Source: Zootoca vivipara (taxonomy: Eukaryota). Taken from it: DNA of 64,000 nucleotides. Position 1 is the stretch's first letter. Each line of letters opens with the position of its first letter. The translations under genes were made by a program, and so were the position numbers. The notes beneath the pieces are model-generated. The model saw nothing but the letters and a program-made list of their open reading frames with translations, was not told the DNA's origin and did not search any database. Below, in pieces: positions 1 through 11,782 of the stretch. The DNA is taken from contig NC_083280.1 in assembly GCF_963506605.1 (NCBI RefSeq), positions 41,974,001-42,038,000 of the forward strand. Direction: 5' to 3'.

Positions 1-825
1 TGGCCACAGTGATCCATGCGACGATCACCTCCAGGCTTGACTATTGTAACTCGCTCTACGCAGGGTTGCCCTTAAAGCTGACCCAGAAACTCCAGCGGGT
101 GCAGAATGCCGCGGCGAGGCTCCTTACAGGGTCCCGGCCGCGGGATCACATTCATCCAGTGCTTTACCAGCTGCACTGGCTCCCGGTGGAGTACAGGATC
201 AGGTTTAAGGTGCTGGTTTTGACCTTTAAAGCCCTATGCGACTTGGGACCCTCGTACCTACGGGACCGCCTCTCCTGGTATGCCCCGCGGAGGACCTTAA
301 GGTCCACAAACAATAATATTCTGGAGATCCCGAGTCATAAGATGGCTAGATTGGCCTCTACTAGAGCCAGGGCCTTTTCAGTACTGGCCCCAACCTGGTG
401 GAACGCTCTTACCCAGGAGACCAGGGCCCTGCGGGATTTGTCATCTTTCCGCAGGGCCTGCAAGACAGAGCTGTTCCACCTGGCCTTTGGGTTAGACTCA
501 GCCTGACCCCTGTGTTTTTCTCCCTCATGGCTTGGATTTATGGCCTACTTGAAGTGAGGCTGCACTTTAAATTTTAATACTGCATTTTAATCTGTATTTT
601 AATTAATTGTTTTTATGTTTTATTGTGGTTCTGTTGGTGTCAGCCACTTATGGCCTACCTGAAATGAGGCTGCACTTTAAATTTTAATATTGTATTTTAA
701 TCTGTATTTTAATTAATTGTTTTTATGTTTTATTGTGGTTCTGTTGGTGTCAGCCGCCCTGAGCCCGGTTTTTGACTGGGGAGGGCGGGGTATAAATAAA
801 AATTTATTATTATTATTATTATTAT
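1..825 (+). mobile_element. L2 LINE 3' end (ORF2 C-terminus, 3' UTR and (TTA)n tail); runs off the window start
   Basis: Frame 9-506 encodes the L2-clade RT C-terminus (SRLDYCNSL...QNAAARLL...LHWLPV..RI.FK.L). It is followed by an AT-rich 3' UTR, AATAAA and (TTA)n at about 805-825. Confidence 0.9.
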
Positions 826-1055
826 TTGTAAATAGCACTGCCATCAGCACTGTAAATACTCAGCACCAATAAAAGATAAAATGCAGAGCTGTGTAGAGTC
901 GTTACTCTGAAGTAGCCTATTCCGGCCACCGTGACACCCATCAAGCCCACTTCGAGAACCTATACAAAGTGGGGATACCATGCAGAATACCAATGGCTGT
1001 TCCTGTCCCAAAGGTTATCCTTACAAGTCGAGAGCAAGCAGCTGAAGACACTCAC

Positions 1056-2223
1056 TTTCTTTGCAGCTTCCTTCATTTCGGGGGCAACGTCGGAAACAAT
1101 AGAGATGAAGAACAAAATAAGTTGAAGCCCATAGGAGACCAAGAAGAAGCTAAAACGTGGCACATCAGTGATGGAGCCCTGCAAGAGAAGAAAGCAAATG
1201 GGAGACACTAGTGGAAGTAACCAAATTGTGGAGCTGGACCCACTTCTTCCCAAGCAGTTAGGGCTAAAGTCTGTGCACCAAGACACTCCTTCCTGCAGCT
1301 TCATTTTGGCCCTTCTTCCCACTCCCCCCTGTCTCAGGACTGTCCTGTGAAATAGGGTGGGTGAACCACAGCAGACAGGCTTGCAGAACTGAATGACCCC
1401 AAACGTGGCTTTGCTGGGGCCGCCTCAACCTTTGACATCCTGGGTTGCCTAGTTTTTCATAGGCTTCTTGTGTTTCTGACCTGTATTGCTTGCCGGATGA
1501 GAGTCTGGAGCTGAAATAGACCACAGAGCACAGAAAGGAAGAGGAAGATGAAGAGAGATCCCGAGTCTCTGCGGATGGTGAAGCGGCGGCTGTCATGGAT
1601 CAGCAGAACGAGCAACTGCAGTAGCGAAAAAGAGCCAAGAGTTTGCAAGACTGGGTTGGTTTCAGGGTTCGGAAATGGAGGGAGGTGTGATGTAAACTCG
1701 TGGCACCAGGCTGGACATCAAACTTGATAATGAACCTGAGATCCACATTATTAGCTCGCTGAACATGCTCACTTGAGACAAACTCAAAAGATGGCTTGTG
1801 ACTTCTAGTCGAGCTTCCAAAATGAGATCCGGAAATAGACTGACGTATTAATTATGAAATAAGAGAATGGCCTTTGCCTTCATAATTCTAAATTTGTATA
1901 ATGCTAAAAAAAAATCTACCTCCACTTCCTAGCTCAGATCAGCTAGCCAGGGTGTAATTAAACGTGACAAACTAAATCAGTGGTTCCCACCCCACCCACC
2001 CCTGCAGTGCAGTTGAAAACTGCTGAGGGTCTTGGCAGAACCACTTAATGGTTTTTCTGCCTGTTGTAGCAATTGTGATGTGCTGTGCTAGATACTGTAT
2101 GATTTTCAACTGTATTTTTATTCCTTGTTTTAATTCTTAAGATACGGCTTTGGATGATAGAAGTCAAATTACAATAAAATAAAATATAAATAGAAGCAGC
2201 AATAAAAATACAATTAAAAATCA

Positions 2224-2265
<42 letters not shown>

Positions 2266-5200
2266 ACCTTTTATACCAGTGGAAGGGGTATTGGGCAGGT
2301 GTGAATCTGATTGGGTTGTCAGTTCTGGTTGCTGTTTTTAACCCTTTTTCTCCCTGTAGTATTTTCCTGATAAATGCTGCCTCATCTCAAATCTGCTACT
2401 TGCCCCACAGGAGAAAATATACAAGTACCCATCTTCAGGGAAAATAAGATGTGACTTGAGGCATATGATGCATCTTGGGGTAGCAGGTTGCCATTGAAGG
2501 GACAATGCGAAAGGGATCTACCCTCGTGGAGAAGCACTTTGAGAGTAATATGAGGGTGATGGCCAAATTTTCATTGTTCATTGAATATTTGTACAGTACT
2601 AAGATTGTCCCATTGATTTTATTGCATTTTAAACCACCCAGCGGACTTGGGCCAATGGGCAGCCATTGTTGTTGTTGTTTTCTCCTCACGTGCTGCTTAA
2701 TGTTTCTTGTTAGTTTGTTCTTTTCATGGTGTACTTGGGAAATATGGGAGTTTGATGATGGGGAATTAGTGTGGGATCACTTTTTATTATCTTCTAGTGT
2801 CTGCTTTTTATGTTGTGGTATAAGGTTTGGGTTAATAAATAAATAAATTTATTATTATCCTAAATCTCCCTTAAAAAGAGAAGAAGCCATTTCAGGCAGC
2901 TGCTTTAAAGGTCAGAGAACATCAGAGCACTGGCATTTTGGGGGGAAAGCATTTGACTCTTTTCTTCCTTGTTTTTTCTCTAATGTAACCCCTTCCCTTC
3001 AAAGTACTGTTCTGGGTCTCAGGACTTGTATTATTAGCATACAGCCCAATGGAAACAGCAGGGCTGAAACGAGAGTTGGCAACTCTGTATTGTAAAAAAC
3101 TTGTTCTTAACAAGGGACACTTTAATTCCAGCACAGGACATGGTTTGATGAAGGAGAGTTCTCACCCAACTAATGAAGTAGAGTGCCGGATTCAAGTACT
3201 GGACAATTGGGTTTCGGCTGACAGGGGTTGGGTGCGGGAGGTTTCCTAGGTCTTCGGCAACAGTGAAAACTGCTTCAGCAAGTGCCATCAGTAAGAGCAG
3301 CGCAGTCAGCACCTGGCAAAGGAAGAGCAGAAGTGACAGATTGCTACCTGCAATGTTCTAGGAGAATAAGGTTGCAAGGAGCTTCTAAACCCATCGTGGA
3401 GAAGCTACATATGCAGGGCAAAGCTACATTCCACAGCACAAGTGGCCCAGGAGCACTGCTGTGCATCACACCCTCCGTCAAGTAAAAATCAAGTGTACTT
3501 ATTGATATGCCCCTTTCCTGCAAGGAATGCACTCAAAGCGGGTTCAAAACACATATAAAAATCCCTGTGTTATTTATAATATAAATATGTGTATATGTTT
3601 GTTAGTTTTCATTGAGTATTCCTTTTTATAACAATCACAACACAAACTACATCAGCAGTAAATACACTACTTGATTCCTAAAGAGTTCTGTATATACTAA
3701 ACACCACCATCGTGACGGCATTACATAAGCAAGACACAGTTCAAAGGCTTCTGGCCAAAGGACACTTATGGTAAATTCATCTCACCCTCTGGCTTTCCCT
3801 GCTCTTTCCACACACATTTCCCAGTTAGCACAGATCCCTATTTCACTTAAACCCTTTCAGGGTTTCTCACATCACCACCATCCACCTCTGCTTTGCCCTC
3901 TGAGCTGCATGCCCTTTGCTTCCACCCTGCTACTAACTCTGGGGCACACCATTCTCTCCCACCTGTTTAATAAGGTAAAGTCTTGTGACAGATGATTTCT
4001 TCATCCTGGATGTGCAGAAATGGAGAAGCTGCATTGGGCCAAAGAGCCAGAGGAAGCCCAGGGGGATCCAGACCAGAACAGTCTGTTCAAAGCAGAGGGG
4101 CAGGTCGGCATCATTCCGATCCAGGAAAGAGGAGTTCTGGAGGCATCAGAAACAAGAAAATAATATGGGGAAACAGCCTTACTAGAAAAAATAACCAATA
4201 AGCTGGAACTGACACGGGGACAAATAGAAGAAGATGGCTTCACCCCGGTTTGGCTCCCCTTTATCACATACACAGCCCAACAAGACAATGACAAAAATCA
4301 TACAAATCAATATGGCTAACCTGATCCAAAACGCCCACCCACCCCACTCACACATGAAACAAAGACCACCACAGCCAACCCCAAATGAACAACCATACCC
4401 TAGGCCAACCCCAACATCTCTCGCCACCAAAGGAACACAAGCGAACAGCAGGGAACCTGCACAAGCGACACTGACAAAACAACCCACATATATTAAGTAA
4501 CATAGAAACACCGTCACCCCACCCCCACCCATCTTTCCCCCATCCACCTCTTTTCCCCTTTTCTTCCCAATGCCTCAACAAATGAACCTGATTTGTAAAA
4601 ATGTTATGAGAGACACTGCACATATTTCTGTAAATCTAGAAAATCTTTAATTAAAAAAACCAAGAAAATAAGGCATATGCCAACGCTTGCTAAGATCTTT
4701 AGCCTACATGTACTACCTGACATAGTTTCACATGTATCCAGGCCCCCACACCACTATGCGTTGCACCAGGGATGGAGAGCCTGTGGTACTCAAGATGTTG
4801 ATGGAGTCCAACTCTCATTCACCCTAACCAACGTGACCAATGGTCGAGGATGATGGGAGCTGCAATCCAGCAACACTGTGGTGGTGGGGACACTGGTTCC
4901 CCATTCCTGCCTTACATCTCTGTCCCAAGTTCCACTGTGGATCTACACAGACAATTACCATGTAAACATTGACAGCAATTGCCGCAGTTCCAATTCCACA
5001 GCACCTGCCGTGAACCCATTACAATGCTATAACATCTTTTAAAAATTCACTGCATTTCCCCAATGCATCATAACACAACCCCAGGATAACTGATTTCCAC
5101 CTCCATTCTCCACTGCTGTTCTTCTGAGGGTGTTCTTGTTCCATTGATTCACAACCACCCCTATTCATCCTTATGCTAATCTATTCAGTATGACTCACCT

Positions 5201-8200
5201 GCAATCGAGCCAGTTAGTGATGCTTTGGGTTAGAATCCAATGACATTTTCAAGTGGGCGAAAGTCAATGTTTGTATTCATCATAACACAGCACTGATGTT
5301 TACTACCAGCATTTAATTGCGTTGAACCTTTGTTGCGCATGCTATCTAATAAGAGCAGTTATCAATTAGAGATACCCTGGTGGGATATCTATATGGGTGG
5401 GGGTTTATGATGTTCATATTGTGTGAGCTAACATTGCTGATACTGTGTTTGACTCTCAAACTGATTTGGATATCCTTTCTTCCCCCTAATTCAACATTTA
5501 CCATTATTTCTGCAGAACAAAACTGGATTTTGTTTTTACTACACTGGGTTCAAAACAGCTGTAGAAAAATCTGTTTCTTACAGCACAATGACTGCAGCCC
5601 ACGTTCCCTTTAAGGAAACTGCAGCATGCAGCTTGGTTGAGCAGTTTTAATGGAGCAAATATAATTATTTTGTATTTTTGCATGACTCTTTAGGGTTTGT
5701 ATTTGTAAAGAACTTTTGAGTTAATTGTTAAATGGGGGAAACAGCTAACGAATCTACAGTGGAGAGAGCCCCACAACACATCCCCATGATATACAACATG
5801 CAAAATGATGTGACAGTGCCCCACTGGAGGCAAAGCCAGTAATGACCCCACTGCTGCCAGCCCCCAGGGCATCCCTCTAGGAAGGGGATTGATTCCCTTT
5901 ATGTGACACACAAGCACCATTCTGGAGCAGAACACACACACACACAGCAGTAGTGGACCTTGGTGTCTGAAATTTCAGTGGCACCCTGTACAACACCAAA
6001 ATCCAGCGCTCTCGCCTACCATTGGACGTAACAGTGGACTACGTTCCCCTGGAGCTGATCAAACCCCATGTTGTACACTCTTGAGTTGTAATCTGTCAAC
6101 ATGGGATCTATATACGTACAAGTAATGATGCGCTGTAATTGGGTGCTCTGCTTTGACAATATGGGCAGGATGGTTGTTGTCATTGCTGGGAGATGCCGTT
6201 TTTTTTGTTTTAAATTAAAACCTCCCACTGAAATCTATGGAAATAAATTCCTTGTACAGTAGCAATTCCTGCTACTAGGGGCAAAACCATGAGCTGGAGT
6301 ATGGAGTATACAGAATATGTATCCTCTTCCTGTGTCACCCTCACAACTCCTCAGTTTCAGCTGCACTGCAGACCCCCAATTGCTAATGAAACTACATCAG
6401 TGGAATAATCTGACGGCGTTATCAGTCGTGTGTTATGTCATGTGACTCATCTAGTCCAGTATTGTCTACTTTGACTGGCAGTGGTTCTTCCAGGTTTCAA
6501 GCAGGTACCAATGGGCTTTTGATGTTTGCCCTGACAGTTTGAAGTAATTGCTGGAGATGTCACCATTTCAGAAACACAAAATCTCATTTTATTGGAGGCA
6601 CCAGGAGAGTCCTGCCTGTTACCTACATATGAAACACTCTTGGCATGAACAGAATCAGGGGAAATTCCAACATCCTTCACTGCAAGGGAAAAGTTAGTGT
6701 TGTACTCTGCTTGCCAAGAGGACCACTACGGTAGTAGCTAAGGACGTAAAGAGACAGCGATTTCCACCCTGTCCTGCCTTTGTTGCAATCAGCACTGTTT
6801 CCATTCTGCTACAGTTCAGTTATAACCTAAGTTATTGTTTTGCTATCTGCTATAGCCGAAACTGGGACACAGGTGGCGCTGTGGTTAAACCACTGAGCCT
6901 AGGGCTTGCTGATCAGAAGGTCGGCGGTTCGAATCCCTGTGACGGGGTGAGCTCCCGTTGCTTGGTCCCAGCTCCTGCCAACCTAGCAGTTCGAAAGCAC
7001 GTCAAAATGCAAGTAGATAAATAGGAACCGCTACAGCGGGAAGGTAAACGCCGTTTCCATGTGCTGCTCTGGTTTGCCAGAAGCGGCTTTGTCATGCTGG
7101 CCACATGACCTGGAAGCTATACGCCGGCTCCCTCGGCCAATAATGCGAGATGAGCGCACAACCCCAGAGTCAGTCACGACTGGAACTAATGGTCAGGGGT
7201 CCCTTTACCTTTACTTTTATAGCCGAAACTAACAGAATGAATTATGTATCCGATTTCAATGCATTTTAATGAAAGGAAAACAACGCAAAACATAATTATG
7301 CCTGTAATATTCATGGACTTAAATAAACAACAGCTGATACCATTTGTATTTGCATGGTTACTATTCCTGATCTTGGGTGAACAAAATTGTGGCAATTTCT
7401 GCTCCCATTTCTGTTTCTGGTGGAATGCCCTGAGATCCCTACAAGCAGTAGATGAGACAACTCTCAAACAAAGGCAGCTGCACAACCAGCTTAGTCAGCT
7501 TCACTCATGAGCTCTAGTTTAGCAATTTAAATCTCCTGATGCCCAGGACTTCTCCATCAATGACAAGGAAACAGATCTGGGCAATTCACTAGAAAACCAG
7601 TACCCGTGGCTGACAGGGTGGCACGACAATTTAAATTTACTTTACAGGGATGTGGAATGATCAAGATCATGCAAAGGACTGGAGACTCAAGTCAACAACT
7701 AACCTACATAGTCATAATTATCAAATACCATAAGCCCTGGGAGCATACCATAGCTGCCAAGTTTTCCCTTTTCTCGCGAGGAAGCCTATTCAGCATAATG
7801 GAAAATCCCTTAAAAAAAGGGATAACTTGGCAGCTATGGAGCATACCACTTCAGAATGAAGCAGGAGAGGACCTGAACCAAGTGAAATGTTTTCTTGGAA
7901 GGCAACACATCAAGGAGAGACTTAGCCTATGGGCCCTTTGCCTAAAATGGACATATTTGTCAACTCTAGCATTTGTTGTGGGCACCACACACACAACATA
8001 GCACAACCAGTACTATTGGCTACAAGATCATGATTTTTTCAGACTTAATTTCAGTTGAGGGAGAAGTGGAGGAAGAGGCCCACATTCAAAACTCCTGTGA
8101 TAGATTTCATGAACAGGAAAGGTGTTTTTTTTTACATATGGAATGAAGCAATTGATCCCCCAGTTGCATTCTGCTATACTATGTGGCATGTCCAATAATG

Positions 8201-8987
8201 TAGATCACCTAACTGTCCCCCCCATCTTCCGTTTCTGTGTGAGATTAAAGAACCTCCTATTTTCTCTACAGTGAATCATTTGAGTCAGAGTTACCAGTGA
8301 AACGGTCATGGTTGTATCATACATGGAGTGTTAACATCTCCACTAATGCTTTGGAGCCTTCCTGCCTTCTAAGACACTATTATACAGGCGTCCCCCGCCT
8401 GCCCCCCACTTGCATAGGGGTTATGTTCCAGGCCCCCACATGTATAAGTGAAATTGTGTAACATGGGGACAACCTGCTAAAAAGCCTCTAAATGCCTGTT
8501 TCTCCCTGCTAAAAGTTGTGTAATTCTTTATCTCCCTGACATCTGACGGGAGAGCATTCCACAGGGGAAGGCGCCGCTGCTGAGGAGGCCCTCTGCCTGG
8601 GAAGGGTCCCCTCAAAAGCCACGAGGACTGTCCAGCTCTCTCCCATCTTTCAATGCTCAGTGCACCCACTGGAGCAGTAACCAACAGAAAGATGATGGAT
8701 TTGTTCACTGTAAAAAAAACCAGTCTAACTATATTAAGACTGCAGGCTTTGCTTTTGCTAAGCATGCACACAGAACTAACACACCACCGCTGTCCCAACT
8801 CTCAAAGTAAACAGCCCTAACAGAGGCGTTTAGCCATCCTCCCGCAATTCAGGACATGCCACTGCACTCTGGCCTTTAGATTTACAGTGTGACATCCCTG
8901 CCAGAAGCTGAGCTACCATCCACTCAGGGAGAAACCACCACTCACCCAGAAAACGGAGCCACAGAACTGCTCCAAGGTTGCTGCCAT
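1056..8987 (-). CDS. ABCC2: ABCC2/MRP2 ABC transporter, coding exons 1-5 (gene continues off the left edge)
   Basis: Exons: 8946-8987 ([14 protein letters not shown]), 3963-4136 ([30 protein letters not shown]...), 3166-3312, 1481-1615 ([11 protein letters not shown]...[12 protein letters not shown]) and 1056-1178. All are GT-AG and phase 0, match the MRP2 TMD0, and lie next to CUTC as in human. Confidence 0.93.
2227..2262. repeat. (TG)n microsatellite
   Basis: Perfect dinucleotide run. Confidence 0.95.
4164..4660 (+). mobile_element. 5'-truncated L1-type LINE (ORF2 C-terminal stub, 3' UTR, A tail) with 11-bp TSD
   Basis: Translates to [34 protein letters not shown], resembling an L1/Tx1 ORF2 end, and ends in an A-run. 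The direct repeat CAAGAAAATAA flanks it at 4153-4163 and 4661-4671. Confidence 0.7.
6864..7217 (+). mobile_element. Full-length Sauria SINE (lacertid type)
   Basis: tRNA-like head with A box (GGTGGCGCTGTGG) and B box (GGTTCGAATCC), and an (ACCTTT)n tail. 13-bp TSD TATAGCCGAAACT at 6851-6863 and 7218-7230. Confidence 0.92.
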
Positions 8988-9109
8988 GGCAAGGCACTTC
9001 TTCCTCCTGCCTTTGTCCGACCAATCTATCAGCTCGAGAGGATGAGCAGGACGAAAGTATCACAGGTTCAACCGAGGGGGCGTTGGGCACGGCCTCTCAA
9101 CAACAGATC

Positions 9110-9122
9110 ATTAATCGTTAAC
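9110..9122 (-). promoter_or_regulatory. Candidate HNF1 site in the ABCC2 proximal promoter
   Basis: GTTAACGATTAAT on the minus strand versus consensus GTTAATNATTAAC, about 125 bp upstream of the ATG. Confidence 0.5.
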
Positions 9123-10739
9123 TCCTGGTGTGCAGTCAGCCCCATGGATCAATTTCATGAACCTTGGATGGCATAGGCAGAGGAGCTGCCTGGGTATTGC
9201 CAGAGACACTGCAGGAGAGGTGGCGGCATGGTGGGCAGCAACATGTGCTGTCTTGGATGAGATCCCTCAAGTTGACTCACCACTAGTCTAAGACCCACTC
9301 CCCAGTGGTGACAAAGTTGAATACTGCCTTGGAAGAAAGTGTGGGAAGACAAGCACCCGTTTTCCACACCAAGGAATTTCCTGTGCTACTCTCCACCTCA
9401 GCGGATTTCCAGGATAGTCTCAGTCTGATTCTGCCCCATTGTTCTTCTGCATCATGATTTCTGTGGGCAAGGGGTTTCTGAAAGTATGTAGCAGTGTCTT
9501 CCCCATTCCAGCAGCTAGGTATCCCCATTGTGTAATCCTACACAGCCAGTCAAGCGTCACAGTGTTCTAGTGTCCCATCAGATTAGTACTGCACTGGGGG
9601 ATCTATAGATCTCAACTCGGGAGTACTGAATCACAAAATTGTGGTCTGAGAGTGAGCAAACCAGGTTTTTTTTTTGGGGGGGGGCGGTAACTATGAAAAT
9701 ACCACTCAGGATGAAAGACAAAAACAGTGAACCGGTCCCTAGCTACCAGTAGTAGTACTGACATTGTGTCCCCCCCCACACACACACCTTGCCCAAAGTG
9801 CTCCTGAAACAAACTGAAAAAAGCCAAGAGAGATTCTGCTGTCTCATTCTTTATACAATGAATAAACCCAGAACCAATTGTGATTCAGTCCTGACAAAAG
9901 GGTCCAATGTCCATAGAACAAGCAATTTAAATCCCTTGTGGTTAATTATTAGATAGTTAATCAAATCTCATCTTATACACAACGTCCCTATCTGTATGGC
10001 AGCAGTCTGTTAAAATTCAGGAGCGCACAACACAGCCTTAGGAAATGGGAAGTGAAGAACACCTTTCCACAATGGACAACTTTCTAACTCCCAATTCTGC
10101 CTTATGCTGAGACACAGGGAAGGGCCAATGTGTGGTTCTACCACAGGGTGAAATAATTCCTTTCCTACAAATTGGTGTTGCAATGGTGTTCCCTTTCTCA
10201 GGGTACTTTTATTTGTAAAGGTGGAGGGGGGCAGAGTTGAATTTCATAGATCAGTGCAGACACACAGGTTCTCAGAATTCACATCTGCTTTGCTCCTTCT
10301 CTAGTCCTGCTGCTGCAAAGTAAGCCTAAGCTCATGGTTTGTCTTGCTTCAGACATGGGCCCAGGCTTACCTTGAAGCGGCAGGCCCAGAGGAGCAACCA
10401 CAATCTCCTCTTCTGTATGCCAGAGTATTTGTGCCAAGTCATGCTTTGGCTTAGCTTTACTTGTGAGTCATTGTGTGAGATCCACAATGGCCTTTAGCAG
10501 CAGAGACCACATGACTATCTCTTACACAATCTCTGAATCTCTAAACTCCCCTTACCAGAGTCAGATAAAACCTCAAATGTTTTCTGAACTTCTCTGAACC
10601 TTCTGCTCCTCCTCAAGATACTGATTATTCTGGAAGGTTGACTTACCTGAGGAGCTGCCCTGCTTGTCATGATGCTATGCAAATGGAGGCAAATGCCGTA
10701 AGGGCAAGAAAATGATGCCCTTAGGGCAACCTTGCAGCC

Positions 10740-11120
10740 TGGCCACTGTAGTCCATGTGTTGATAAACGTGAGGTTGGATTACTGCAATGTGCTCTCTGT
10801 GGGGCTTCCCTTGGCCTCGTTCCGCTTGAACCCTTATATCCCAGCTCAGTCACTAAGATCATTTGCAGGAGCGTCGTTGGTCATTCCCCAAATTGGTGGA
10901 GATCTGACCATAAGCATCCAAGCCTTTAGCATTATCAGTCCAGCACTGTGGAATGTTCTGCTAATAAGGATTAACAGGTTCATGCAGGAAATCAAGAATA
11001 AATCTTTCCGTAAAAGTTAACTCATTTCTGACTTTTCGATATGGTTTCCGTTGTATGGTTTTATGCATAATTGTTGCAAACCACTCTGGCATTTTTAGGA
11101 ATAGTGGTATATAATTTTTT
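10740..11120 (+). mobile_element. Degraded L2 3' fragment
   Basis: Remnant peptide VRLDYCN...YIPAQSLRS...AFSIISPALWN, with an internal deletion. Confidence 0.65.
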
Positions 11121-11498
11121 AATATTAATCATTTACTGTACATAGAAACTTCACCCACTCTAATGACTTCTGTAGGACAGGATCCAGAACCTCACAACAA
11201 TGAAATTTTGCTGTCAGGTATACGGAATAGCAGTGCTTGGTCACCTTGTGGTCGCTCTCTTACCCCCTGTTCTCAGAGATCCCTCCTCCTGCAATTGCAA
11301 TATTGCTTTACCACTTTCCTCTATGTACTTCAAAGAAGTAGTCTTCCACTCCAATCAAGCTGAGGTGGGATGAAGGAAGCCTGCAACACCCAATGTGCTC
11401 TTCCCCCCACCCCGGCCCATTCCCTTTGGGAGCAGTCCAAAGTCTTGCCATGGCCTCTACAGGAAGAAGAGCCACAGTGACATGGAGTGGCTTCAGGG

Positions 11499-11504
11499 TT
11501 TATT
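11499..11504 (-). terminator. Probable CUTC poly(A) signal
   Basis: AATAAA on the minus strand about 280 nt after the CUTC stop. Confidence 0.5.
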
Positions 11505-11782
11505 TGAGAAGAGACCTTAACAGGGAGAGTGTTGCCCGATGGCGAGTGCCCCTTTAATTAAGCCCCTCCCCATCATTTGCTCCCCACAGACAAAATGGCA
11601 TTACGACATCTGAGGAAAAGACGCTGTGGAGCAAGTGGGAATAGGAGAAAAACAAGCAGAGGCTTCTTCATTTGATTGACCCATGTCCTTTAAGCGCTGG
11701 CAAGGATGCTGTTGAAATGTCTATGTCTATAGATTGTGCAGGTCACAGGGCTCTGGGTCTTCCTGGCCCACAGTAGCTTGTT

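Noticed and set aside
826-1055. ABCC2 exon 6
   Set aside because: No matching reading frame or splice sites were found; it presumably lies left of the window.
6864-6945. tRNA gene
   Set aside because: The A/B boxes belong to a Sauria SINE head with body, tail and TSD; the same applies to 18680-18760.
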